DNA of 64,000 bases, from the NCBI GenBank assembly GCA_937899865.1, contig CALBRH010000051.1:32001-96000 (forward strand), given 5' to 3'. The DNA is from an uncultured euryarchaeote (GTDB taxonomy: Archaea > Thermoplasmatota > Poseidoniia > Poseidoniales > Poseidoniaceae). The first letter of the stretch is position 1, and the number at the start of each line of letters is the position of its first letter. Shown piece after piece: positions 1 to 9,162 of the stretch. The position numbers and the translations under genes are program-made. The notes under the pieces were generated by a model. That model was not told where the DNA came from and ran no database searches. It saw nothing but the letters and a program-made list of their open reading frames with translations.

Positions 1-1089
1 AAATAATGATGGATGTTTTACCTTTAGTGGTTGAACCCACAGTAATTCTGGCAGATTTTCCCTTTCGATTATCACTACCATTTCCCAATGTATTCGAATA
101 AGTGGAGAAAAAATTGTTCCAGGCCAGTCACCTTTTGGAGGTGTAATAGTTGTCTTTCCTGATTCAACATCTACGATCTCAGATTGTTGCATGATACGCA
201 TTGGTCTTAGGAATAATCCACCTTTTATTTCGGTAGTTTGCATTGGCGAATCTTCACCGCCTCCAGTTCCATCATCCAAATCTACTGACCAGTGGTGTGG
301 TAACTCTGTAGTAAGGCCCGGGGGTGGCTGGCTATCACTTTCACGTCCAAAAGCTCCCATTAATGCATCTCGACTTGGAGGTAATACGCCAACACGCCAT
401 AAGACAGACATATTTTTCCAATTTTCTTTGGTTTCTGGGAAATTTATAGTTGCTACCAAATCTTCACCAGATGTACTTTCACTATGGAACACAATCTCTG
501 GATTCTTAGGTTGTGACTTAAGGAATCTTCTTTGTTTAATTAAATCGGAAAAATTTGCAGTAACTCGCATAATTATTGGGACAAATAAAATTGGCACTAC
601 TATTACTGCCAGTACAGGATAATCCAACAAACCAAATCTAACTCTACCAGTGCCAATACTAGGAACTCCCCAAACGCTAAGTATTGGTTCTAAAAACAAA
701 TATGTTAAAGCAATTAAGAGTACGGAAACCGAGAAGTTCATAATTTTCCTTGCCTGTTTGTGAACAACATTTGGTGTAAGATACCAGCCTGTTCTTTGTT
801 TACTAACTACTGATTCTTTAGGAACTGCTTCAAGCATTTCTTGTGCGTGATTTTCATCTAGTTTTAGAGTATCATTATCCAATGTATAACGTCTTTCAAC
901 CAACCATGAAGATTTGTGACCAATTCGAAATGGTGGTGGAAGATTTCTTATTTTTTCATAAGCTTCTGATTCAGATATATCACTTGCAATTTCAGTCTTT
1001 CCAATCGCAATAGGTAGTAATTCAGGCTTGAATCTATAACTCTCAAAAGGAGGATATTTAATCCGCTCTTCTAAGAAAAGTTTACCCAT
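1..1089 (-). CDS. Hypothetical membrane protein, 3'-truncated by the window edge (not in ORF track)
   Basis: Hand translation from ATG at 1089 (MGKLFLEERIKYPPF...) stays open to position 1. SD AGGTGA lies just upstream. Two hydrophobic segments (FSVSVLLIALTYLFL; VLAVIVVPILFVPIIM). Confidence 0.8.
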   Translation of the reverse strand, partial: MGKLFLEERIKYPPFESYRFKPELLPIAIGKTEIASDISESEAYEKIRNLPPPFRIGHKSSWLVERRYTLDNDTLKLDENHAQEMLEAVPKESVVSKQRTGWYLTPNVVHKQARKIMNFSVSVLLIALTYLFLEPILSVWGVPSIGTGRVRFGLLDYPVLAVIVVPILFVPIIMRVTANFSDLIKQRRFLKSQPKNPEIVFHSESTSGEDLVATINFPETKENWKNMSVLWRVGVLPPSRDALMGAFGRESDSQPPPGLTTELPHHWSVDLDDGTGGGEDSPMQTTEIKGGLFLRPMRIMQQSEIVDVESGKTTITPPKGDWPGTIFSPLIRIHWEMVVIIERENLPELLWVQPLKVKHPSLF

Positions 1090-1099
1090 TTAAATCACC

Positions 1100-2326
1100 T
1101 TAACTAAATATCAATTTCATACCGGCTTTCAATGCTAATTTTCTAAATGCAGGGACTTTTCTAATTAGAGCCATGCCAAGTGGAACTGGTTTTTCGATAT
1201 CTCCTACTTGATTGATTAATTGAATTATTTCAGGCTTTGCAAACTGCTCGAAATTTCTGTCTAGTTCATCATCTTCACAATCGCTAACTAGTAAATTCCT
1301 CAAAGATCTTGCACGATTTTGCTCCTTACGCATTTTTTCAAAGTGATTTTTAGCAATTGACTTAAGTTTATCTTCACTCAAATCATTAAGATTGATTGCA
1401 ATAGATAACTTGTCGACAATGCCGTTGATTTGTTCAAAACCAGGTCCAATGCCTCCGCCAGTTGTAGGCTTAGCCATTCCAGCCGCATCACCAATTAACA
1501 ATACTCTATTTTTGTAGGCCTTTTTCACCATACCACTAGGTACCGGTCCACAATAGCGGGCTGTTTCTCTAACATCACTGAATCGTTCTTTCCAAAGTGG
1601 ATGATTCAATAGATTATGATAGCATTCCTCTATACTTTTACCATCCAAACGGTCAGCGGTTGACCATAGTCCGATTCTACAACTATCATTTCCTGAAGGA
1701 ATTACCCAAGCAAAAAACCCTGGTGCAATTTCTGAACCAGAATACATTTCTAACCAGCGCTTTCTATACTGATATCCTACAACTTCTGTCTGGAATCCAA
1801 TCATGAGTTCTTTTGGACGCCCCATTTTGAAATATCTTCGTGTCCATGAATGGGCACCATCACATCCAATCAGTAATTTTGTTGAAATCTGTATTTCATT
1901 TCCGTCTTTATTCACTGTGAGAATTACTCCATCAGACTTTGCATCTGCATTTACTGGTTTTGAATTCAACCATAATGTTGCACCTGAAGTCATTGATTGT
2001 CTGACAACAGCTTCATCGAATAACTTTCTACAAACAACGTATGTCCTTACTGTTCCACCAGTTCCTACTGGTACTAATGTTCCCGATGGTCCATGAATTA
2101 GTGCGCCATCAATCTCTTCCAAAATAGTATCATACAATCCAACCTGTTTCATGGCATTTGGAGTAACAAGTCCTGCACATTGAAATGGTCTGCCGATTTC
2201 ATTGTGTTCTTCAAGTAGCAAAACACTATGGCCAAGTTTAGCAAGTATGTTAGCAGTATGACCTCCAACTGGTCCTGCACCAACGATAACAACATCCCAA
2301 TCATGAGAAGTTATCAACTCGTCCAT
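1100..2326 (-). CDS. Geranylgeranyl reductase family FAD oxidoreductase (digeranylgeranylglycerophospholipid reductase-like)
   Basis: VVIVGAGPVG FAD motif, CAGLV, GFFAWVIP, LIGDAAG..KPTTGGGI. Confidence 0.88.
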   Translation of the reverse strand: MDELITSHDWDVVIVGAGPVGGHTANILAKLGHSVLLLEEHNEIGRPFQCAGLVTPNAMKQVGLYDTILEEIDGALIHGPSGTLVPVGTGGTVRTYVVCRKLFDEAVVRQSMTSGATLWLNSKPVNADAKSDGVILTVNKDGNEIQISTKLLIGCDGAHSWTRRYFKMGRPKELMIGFQTEVVGYQYRKRWLEMYSGSEIAPGFFAWVIPSGNDSCRIGLWSTADRLDGKSIEECYHNLLNHPLWKERFSDVRETARYCGPVPSGMVKKAYKNRVLLIGDAAGMAKPTTGGGIGPGFEQINGIVDKLSIAINLNDLSEDKLKSIAKNHFEKMRKEQNRARSLRNLLVSDCEDDELDRNFEQFAKPEIIQLINQVGDIEKPVPLGMALIRKVPAFRKLALKAGMKLIFS

Positions 2327-2382
2327 GATACTCTCTCAGTCAAGTTTGGTTTTATTGTTATGTCGACAATTTACTATAATGT

Positions 2383-5136
2383 CTACTTTTTAGCAAATTT
2401 ATAACCAACCGCTTGATTCTTTTTCAAGTACAAAATAGATGTAAATTTATTTCCAGTTTTCCTAGAAACAAAATCATCAAATGGACCAATTTGTCCTTTT
2501 TCAATCAACATCTTAGCTTCTTCTCGAGTAATTTCTCTTGAAGACATTTCTCGTGCGATTTGAATTTTACAATCAGAGCCATCATTTGCAGGTTGGTAAA
2601 AAGTTGGAGTTTCAATAATTTCTTCTTTAGTTTTTGGACAAATCGCCACAACACCTTCAACAACAGGGAATTGCTTAGCATCAGCAGCTGCTTTTCTTGG
2701 TGGGAATTCAAACTTGACTCGATCTCCATCAAGCTTCAAGAAAGCACTAAACGGTCTACCCTTCTTCGAGGTAAAATCTTCTAATAGAGCAGATTTTCCT
2801 TCAAGCAATATTGATTTTGCTTCCTCTGGAGTAATTTTCCTCTTACACATTTCTTTAGATAACCCTCTAAATTTACATTCTTGATTATCACATGCATACA
2901 TTGTAGAATTTAGCCTAATTGTTCCTCTTGAACATGCTGGACATTCACATAATTCATCGTCATCTGATGAAGAAGTAGACTCTCCTCCACCAACAAATTC
3001 TACACTACCATTTTCATTTATCTTGACACTGGCAACATATGGTTCTCCATTTCTATTAAAGAAACCATGTAAATCAGTTAACTCTTTTTCCTCTAACAAA
3101 CGCTTTGCAGTATCATTGTCAAACCATCTTCCACTGGTATTCTTCCAAAATACAAAATCACAACTTGAACCCTTTCCTTCATTTTTGGGACACAAATAAG
3201 AAAGTACTGTTTCAGTTAAATTTTCATCACATTTTAGACAGCATCCTATTGTTTCCATTTTCTTAAACAACTCATTTCTATCATGATTTTTGATTCGAGT
3301 GATCATTTCTTCGGCCTTATCATAGATTACTTGCATATATTGTTCTCTTGAAAAATCTCCATTTTGAACAGAAGTCAATTTTGCTTCCATATCACCGGTT
3401 AACTCAGGAGATGTAATCCATTCCACAGGTATTGCTCGTAATAATTCAATTAACTTAATTCCACCAGGGGTGGCTCTTAAACTACCTGAACGTGCTCTTT
3501 GAATGAAGTTTCTAGAAATTAATTTTTCAATTGTGTCAGCCCTTGTAGCAGGAGTCCCAAGCCCTTTACCTTTCATTGCTTCTGCTAATTCATCGTCATC
3601 AATACTTCTTCCTGCATGTTCCATTAAGGACAGTAATTTTGCTTCTTTAAGTCGATTTGTTGGTTTTGTCATTTCTTCCTTGAATTGGTGTTTTAGTGCT
3701 TGTGTAATTGCCGGGTTTGTTTCTAATGAATTCCACTTTTCTGGAATAGTATTACTTTTTGGCTTTACTTCTCGCCATCCAGCCTCTTTAAGGATTCTAA
3801 CTTGCTTTTTGAAATCTTGATTATTTTTTGTACTAATTCTTGTTTGAACATCCCATATTGCTATTGGATGGAATGAAGCCAAAAATTGTCGACAGATTAG
3901 ATCATATAATTTTGCAGCATCTTGACTTAGGTTGGATTGTGGTAATTTTCCAGTCGGTATTATAGCGTAGTGGTCTGAAACTTTACTATCATTAAAATTA
4001 CGTGAAACATTAGTTAATCCATTTTGCTTTAATCTTTCAGTATGCGGGTTGAGTTGGTCTTGAGCACCAAGTTGAGCAATAGTTTTGCTTATGGATTCAA
4101 TCATATCTTCAGGCAAATATCTGGAATCAGTACGTGGATAGGTAGTTAATTTGTGTGTGTCATATAGTTCTTGAGCAACAGATAGAGTTCGCTTTGAAGT
4201 CCATGACCACATACTATTTGCCTCTCTTTGCAGGGTAGTAAGATCAAAATTTAGTGGAGGATTTTCTTTTGAGTCTCGATGTTCTTGCTTAGTTGAGAAA
4301 TCTCCATCTGCATTTAACAAATCTTCGAGCATTTTCTTTTCCTTTTCATCAATGATACGATGAGCTTTAGTTAGAGGATTGTCTTTATCCTCCACGTTGT
4401 CACGGCGTTCCCATCTGCCGGTCCATTCACAATTTTTTGATTTGAAATCAACCTCTAGTTCCCAGAATGGTTCAGCTTTATGACCTAAAATTTCTAATTC
4501 CTTATCGACAATCAATGCTAAGGTAGCAGTTTGAACTCTTCCAAGTGACATTGATGTGCCATCATTTCTACCAGTCCTCAAAAATGTAGATGCGATTCGA
4601 GAACCATTCATCCCGATAATCCAATCCGCCTCTGCTCTACTTACTGCAGCATCTCTTAGGCGAGAATAAGTGTTTGAATCCAACCTGTCATTATAAGCCT
4701 TCATTATGGAATCTGGAGTCATAGATTGCAACCACATTCTACTCATTGGTACTTTTGACTTTGAAAATTCTACAATTCTTCGAAAGATTAACTCTCCTTC
4801 TCTAGCAGCATCACAAGCATTTACAATTTCAGTGCAATTTTTGGCTGAAATAAGTTTCTTAATAGCGGTTAATTGTTTTCGATTATTGCCTCTACCACTA
4901 CTTGGCTTAAGTTCAAATTTCTCAGGAATAAAAGGTAGCATATCGATACTTTTTCGCCAATCTTTCAATCTATCGTCATATTCCTCTGGCATTTTTAACT
5001 CCAAAAGGTGCCCTACTGCCCATGTTATTACAAGGTCATCTGACTCCCAATGAGTGTCAGTTTTTTTGGTTACACCAAGGACTTTGGCAATGTCTTGTGC
5101 AACACTCGGTTTTTCAGCGATAACGACAATTGCCAT
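2383..5136 (-). CDS. topB: Type IA DNA topoisomerase, bacterial topoisomerase III-like, with C-terminal repeats
   Basis: IAEKPSVA and DAAREGE TOPRIM motifs, GRVQT, TYPRTD (active Tyr), GLGTPATRA. Three F.S(K/R).G..F.A.L-type C-terminal repeats with Cys pairs. SD GGGAGG. Confidence 0.88.
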   Translation of the reverse strand: MAIVVIAEKPSVAQDIAKVLGVTKKTDTHWESDDLVITWAVGHLLELKMPEEYDDRLKDWRKSIDMLPFIPEKFELKPSSGRGNNRKQLTAIKKLISAKNCTEIVNACDAAREGELIFRRIVEFSKSKVPMSRMWLQSMTPDSIMKAYNDRLDSNTYSRLRDAAVSRAEADWIIGMNGSRIASTFLRTGRNDGTSMSLGRVQTATLALIVDKELEILGHKAEPFWELEVDFKSKNCEWTGRWERRDNVEDKDNPLTKAHRIIDEKEKKMLEDLLNADGDFSTKQEHRDSKENPPLNFDLTTLQREANSMWSWTSKRTLSVAQELYDTHKLTTYPRTDSRYLPEDMIESISKTIAQLGAQDQLNPHTERLKQNGLTNVSRNFNDSKVSDHYAIIPTGKLPQSNLSQDAAKLYDLICRQFLASFHPIAIWDVQTRISTKNNQDFKKQVRILKEAGWREVKPKSNTIPEKWNSLETNPAITQALKHQFKEEMTKPTNRLKEAKLLSLMEHAGRSIDDDELAEAMKGKGLGTPATRADTIEKLISRNFIQRARSGSLRATPGGIKLIELLRAIPVEWITSPELTGDMEAKLTSVQNGDFSREQYMQVIYDKAEEMITRIKNHDRNELFKKMETIGCCLKCDENLTETVLSYLCPKNEGKGSSCDFVFWKNTSGRWFDNDTAKRLLEEKELTDLHGFFNRNGEPYVASVKINENGSVEFVGGGESTSSSDDDELCECPACSRGTIRLNSTMYACDNQECKFRGLSKEMCKRKITPEEAKSILLEGKSALLEDFTSKKGRPFSAFLKLDGDRVKFEFPPRKAAADAKQFPVVEGVVAICPKTKEEIIETPTFYQPANDGSDCKIQIAREMSSREITREEAKMLIEKGQIGPFDDFVSRKTGNKFTSILYLKKNQAVGYKFAKK

Positions 5137-5190
5137 GATTTACCTCCCACCGGCGGCGATACTTGAACCCTCTCCATGGACAAATATTTA

Positions 5191-5210
5191 CTAGATACTA
5201 TAGTATCTAG
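5191..5210. promoter_or_regulatory. Perfect 20-bp palindrome CTAGATACTATAGTATCTAG upstream of topB, candidate operator
   Basis: Seen directly. On the minus strand it is immediately followed by TAAATATTTG (TATA-like). Confidence 0.5.
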
Positions 5211-5231
5211 AGAAAATTCAGCATGTAAAAG

Positions 5232-5663
5232 TTAGAGATTTTTTTTGCGAGAAATTCTAAATTCTATCTCATTCCAACGACCCTCTTGAACTGAATCTAC
5301 ACAGCCATTGCATCCTGGATAACCAGCATCTAATAATTGTAAGCATGATTCAATCAAAGCTTCAAATCCTTCACTAACATCCATTTCTATCCAGCAAATA
5401 TCTTCTTCAGGCCTCTCCTTTCCAAGGTATATGATTGGTAATGGATTTTCTTCAGATGTATGGTAAATCCAAATATCTTCATTGTCAACACGGTCATGAA
5501 TTGGAAAAGTAGTTCTTTGAGGTATTTTTTCAGATATATGGTCTGATAATTTTCTGATCTGTTCTAAGTATTTTATATCAGATTTAATCGTAATTTGTTC
5601 CAATCTAACCATTCTTCGAGCAGATTCTCTGACTACAGGCCACAAGGGGTGAATCATCTGCAT
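5232..5663 (-). CDS. Hypothetical protein with C-terminal GYPGCNGC (CxxC) motif
   Basis: 143-aa ORF filling the gap between topB and pyrD; no family recognised. Confidence 0.65.
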   Translation of the reverse strand: MQMIHPLWPVVRESARRMVRLEQITIKSDIKYLEQIRKLSDHISEKIPQRTTFPIHDRVDNEDIWIYHTSEENPLPIIYLGKERPEEDICWIEMDVSEGFEALIESCLQLLDAGYPGCNGCVDSVQEGRWNEIEFRISRKKNL

Positions 5664-5716
5664 AATTGGGCCAATGAGGGGTAAGTCTTGAATGATGCCG
5701 TCGCTGAGAAGTAATC

Positions 5717-6841
5717 ATGGGGCTGATGTATCGAATCTTTATCCGGCCCACGCTAGTCTTTCAAGATTCAGAAAAAGCCCATTTAAGATCTGTCAAAATG
5801 CTTAGATTTCTGTCGAACAATAGAATGACAAAATTTTTCCTCTCAACTATTTACAAACCAAATAAAAAATTGTCTATATCTCTGTTTGGATCTAATTTTA
5901 TTCATCCATTTGGCCTAGCAGCTGGGATGGATAAAAAAGGTGAAGCAATAAATGGATGGGAGTCTATTGGCCTATCATTTGCAGAAATTGGGGGAGTAAC
6001 TATGCTTGAACAACTTGGTAATCCTAAACCTAGAATGTTTAGGTCATCTAAACACAAAGCATTAGTTAATCGAATGGGCTTCAATAATCCTGGCTCGGAA
6101 AAAATGCAACATTCACTTGAGAAGCATTACAATAAGTTTGGCAAACCAGGAATTCCTATATGGATTAACTTAGGTAAATCGAAACTAACTGATAATTCGG
6201 ATGCACATATTGATTATTCAACAACTTTAGAAAGACTTTGGGATTATGGAGATGTTTTTGTAATCAATGTGTCATCACCTAATACTCCTAATTTAAGAGA
6301 TTTACAAGACGAAGAAGAATTAAGAAAAATTATCATGGCTTGTATGAATGTTAACAATACCCAAGCGAAAAATCGTAAACTTGAGCCTAAACGAATCTTA
6401 GTAAAAATAGCTCCAGATATGACTTTGGAACAATTGGAGCAAATTGTTAATGTTGCAGTAGAAACTGGTTGTTCTGGAATAGTTGCCACTAATACTACTA
6501 TTTCTCGACCTTCTGAACTTAGTAATGATGCGGCATTACAAGAGCAGGGTGGTTTGAGCGGAAAGCCAGTAAAAGAACAATCTACAGAATTCATAAAACA
6601 CATCTATAAATTTACTAATGGCTCATTACCAATTATTGGTGTTGGTGGTATAATGAGTGCTGATGATGCATGGGAGAAGATAATAGCAGGAGCAAGCTTA
6701 ATTCAAGCATACAGTGGTTTTGTTTTTCATGGACCCGGTTTGACTAAGGATGTTGTTCGAGGTCTTAACAGAAAATTGAAACAACATAACCTGTCCAAAA
6801 TAGAAGATGCAATCGGCCTAATGCATAAGGAGAGTGATTGA
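5717..6841 (+). CDS. pyrD: Dihydroorotate dehydrogenase (quinone, class 2)
   Basis: GLAAGMDK, GNPKPRMFR, NRMGFNNPG, INVSSPNTPNLR, GGLSG, IIGVGGI. Confidence 0.95.
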   Translation: MGLMYRIFIRPTLVFQDSEKAHLRSVKMLRFLSNNRMTKFFLSTIYKPNKKLSISLFGSNFIHPFGLAAGMDKKGEAINGWESIGLSFAEIGGVTMLEQLGNPKPRMFRSSKHKALVNRMGFNNPGSEKMQHSLEKHYNKFGKPGIPIWINLGKSKLTDNSDAHIDYSTTLERLWDYGDVFVINVSSPNTPNLRDLQDEEELRKIIMACMNVNNTQAKNRKLEPKRILVKIAPDMTLEQLEQIVNVAVETGCSGIVATNTTISRPSELSNDAALQEQGGLSGKPVKEQSTEFIKHIYKFTNGSLPIIGVGGIMSADDAWEKIIAGASLIQAYSGFVFHGPGLTKDVVRGLNRKLKQHNLSKIEDAIGLMHKESD

Positions 6842-7219
6842 ATGTTCACTCGTAGAACAAGACTACTAATCACTGGCGGGTTGCTGACTCTTATCATTCT
6901 TGGAGCAGTTATTTTGCAATCACCCGAACCTACTAGAACAGTAGATGAAATCATGGAGAGTCCAAATGGATATGTTGGTGAAGATATTGCCATAAGAGGC
7001 GAAGTTAAAGATGGCACCATTAATAATTCTACAATGACATTTATTTTGCATGGTTCAGATTATGAAATATTAGTTGATTTTGTTGATGCTTCTGTATCTA
7101 ATGGTCTTGATGATAACAGGACAGTATATGCTAAAGGCGTACTGAAATTTATTGATTCCAAATATGTATTTGAGGCTGAAATAATCAAAACTTCGTGCCC
7201 TTCCAAGTATGAAGAATAA
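6842..7219 (+). CDS. ccmE: CcmE-like heme chaperone, CxxxY variant
   Basis: N-terminal TM anchor, OB-fold-like body (IRGEVKDGTI...VYAKG...FEAEII), C-terminal SCPSKY. Confidence 0.75.
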   Translation: MFTRRTRLLITGGLLTLIILGAVILQSPEPTRTVDEIMESPNGYVGEDIAIRGEVKDGTINNSTMTFILHGSDYEILVDFVDASVSNGLDDNRTVYAKGVLKFIDSKYVFEAEIIKTSCPSKYEE

Positions 7220-7259
7220 ATTTGTCTCACCGTTCTGTTAAAATACCAATCAATCGACG

Positions 7260-7554
7260 GGATGGCGGGATAGGTGGGGAGCTAGGCGTACCCTGTACCA
7301 CAAATCGTCTTCATGGTGGACTGAACGCCTTGGAGCGGCGAGAGCGGCTTTATGGTTCCTACATGCGGACGTTGATGTCTCGCCCCTACATGACTCGGGT
7401 GTCATGAACCGTCTCCGGAAGGAAACGGGAAATGAATAACTGGGGAATCAGGTCAGGCCGGGAACGGAGCAGCCCTACTTAGGGCCATGAGTGCTGTGGG
7501 GTAGCGGGATGGAGAAAGTGTGTGGATTTGGCCATAAAGTACGAGCGTCCATCC
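7260..7554 (+). ncRNA. ffs: Archaeal signal recognition particle (7S) RNA
   Basis: GC-rich island in AT-rich DNA. Domain-IV motif GGTCAGGCCGGGAACGGAGCAGCC near 7451-7474. 5' GGATGG pairs with 3' CCATCC. TTAAAATA box about 20 nt upstream. Ends approximate. Confidence 0.9.
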
Positions 7555-7566
7555 TTGGAATTCCCA

Positions 7567-8061
7567 CTATATATCAAAAATAACATTGCCTACCCATGCA
7601 GGACCAATTAATTCAGGAATAGAATCATCATCAGATCTATATGATTCTCCATCAGATAATTCAGTAATCATTAATTCATGTGATGTTACTGCTTTGATTT
7701 CTAAATTCCTATTGACGCTATCAGAATCTATCCACGATACTTGAACTTCACAAGTCAATCTTCCTTCTAATTCTTTTATCATACATTGAGCATCAACAAG
7801 AAATTTGTTTTCTACTTCCAATTTATACAGCACTTCCTCAAGCCAAACCAAAATTAGTGATTCATAATCATTTGTAGATGAATTAACTTCAACATTCCAT
7901 TGAGCAGTATGCCTTGTAAATGTGTGCAATATTTTTGCCTGTTCTTCTGGAATTAGTAAATTCAACATTCCGAGAGATATTTCTTTGAACAAATTGGGAA
8001 GTGAATTTGAGAATCCACATATTCCAATATCAGCCTTAGTCTCTAGAGTCCAAAAACTCAT
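7567..8061 (-). CDS. Archease family protein
   Basis: N-terminal TKADIG (ADI motif), LEEVLY, C-terminal EIKAVTSH and VIFDI. Start refined to ATG 8061. Confidence 0.8.
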   Translation of the reverse strand: MSFWTLETKADIGICGFSNSLPNLFKEISLGMLNLLIPEEQAKILHTFTRHTAQWNVEVNSSTNDYESLILVWLEEVLYKLEVENKFLVDAQCMIKELEGRLTCEVQVSWIDSDSVNRNLEIKAVTSHELMITELSDGESYRSDDDSIPELIGPAWVGNVIFDI

Positions 8062-8068
8062 AATGATA

Positions 8069-9130
8069 TCATCTCTTTGAAACTTGAAGATTCCAAGCAA
8101 TCTCACCAACACGGTGAATCAACATCTCCTTACTCAATGAAAAAGAATCTGTTGCCTCTGCACTAAGGATGCATTCACACGCAGCATTGGTCAACAAGGC
8201 AGTATCAGAAACACTGAATTCGTTGGATATAGATACTGCAATTGCTACAACTGCCGCATCAATTAATCCAATCACTTGTCTTAATTCAGGTAAGGTACAT
8301 GGAACATGAACAGTATCTTCTAATTGAGAATATATAGTAACTCCATCACCACCTGCTAGGACTACGAGATGTTTCCAACCATAGGATTGAATTAGTGATT
8401 CAGCAGCAACAGAATCATCATTTTCTCCTATTCTACGTTTCATTAGTTCAAAACCTCTAGATTGAAAAATTATCCAATCCACTTCATGTGTTCTATGAAG
8501 TCCAGTTAACTTTGGATCAGCAATTATTGGAATATCATTTTTCTTCGCATGTTTAGTTATTCTTTCTACTCCTGAATCACAAACCACTCCTTGGCCATAA
8601 TCAGAAAAAATAACACAATCTACATCATTAAGGTTAGTTATTGCTTGTTCATAGATTGCTTCAAGGGCTGATTCAGATATTGGTTCATCTTCTTCCACAT
8701 CCCATCTAAGTAACAATTGTTCACCTTGAATTAGGCTTTCACGACTAGCGAGCATTCTAGTTTTCACAGTAGTTATTCTGTCTTCAATAATAGCAATGCC
8801 AGAGGTTTCAACATTTTTATCTTCAAGATATTGAATAATTTTTGCGCCGGCTTTATCATCGCCAACCACACCGAATATTTTGCCATTATATCCCATTGAC
8901 TGAAGTCCACGAGCAACATGTGCAGCTGCCCCTACATCTTCTTCTCTGTGAGTTTCTCTAAGTACTGGAACAGGTGCTCTTGAGTTCAAATTATTTGCAT
9001 AACCATGGATGTAGCAATCCAACATAATATCACCGATTAACACGATATTGCCAAAATCATCTTGATTTAATGTTTCAATAATAGAATTCAACTTATCATG
9101 TTGTTCAAGTTCTATATCGGTCATCCCCAT
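8069..9130 (-). CDS. PfkB-family kinase resembling the HldE/RfaE heptose-7-phosphate kinase domain, stand-alone
   Basis: IGDIMLDCYIHG..RAPVPV, GAAAHVA, TTVKTR, SDYGQGV, IADPK. The C-terminal GAGD motif reads GLID. Confidence 0.7.
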   Translation of the reverse strand: MGMTDIELEQHDKLNSIIETLNQDDFGNIVLIGDIMLDCYIHGYANNLNSRAPVPVLRETHREEDVGAAAHVARGLQSMGYNGKIFGVVGDDKAGAKIIQYLEDKNVETSGIAIIEDRITTVKTRMLASRESLIQGEQLLLRWDVEEDEPISESALEAIYEQAITNLNDVDCVIFSDYGQGVVCDSGVERITKHAKKNDIPIIADPKLTGLHRTHEVDWIIFQSRGFELMKRRIGENDDSVAAESLIQSYGWKHLVVLAGGDGVTIYSQLEDTVHVPCTLPELRQVIGLIDAAVVAIAVSISNEFSVSDTALLTNAACECILSAEATDSFSLSKEMLIHRVGEIAWNLQVSKR

Positions 9131-9162
9131 ATTGTCCCCTCATTACATCGCAGTTGTTTAAA

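Noticed and set aside
191-622. 143-aa plus-strand ORF
   Set aside because: Antisense shadow of the edge-truncated minus-strand CDS at 1-1089, which has a clear SD.
7222-7407. 61-aa ORF from the track
   Set aside because: TTG-start frame lying over the SRP RNA; no protein features.
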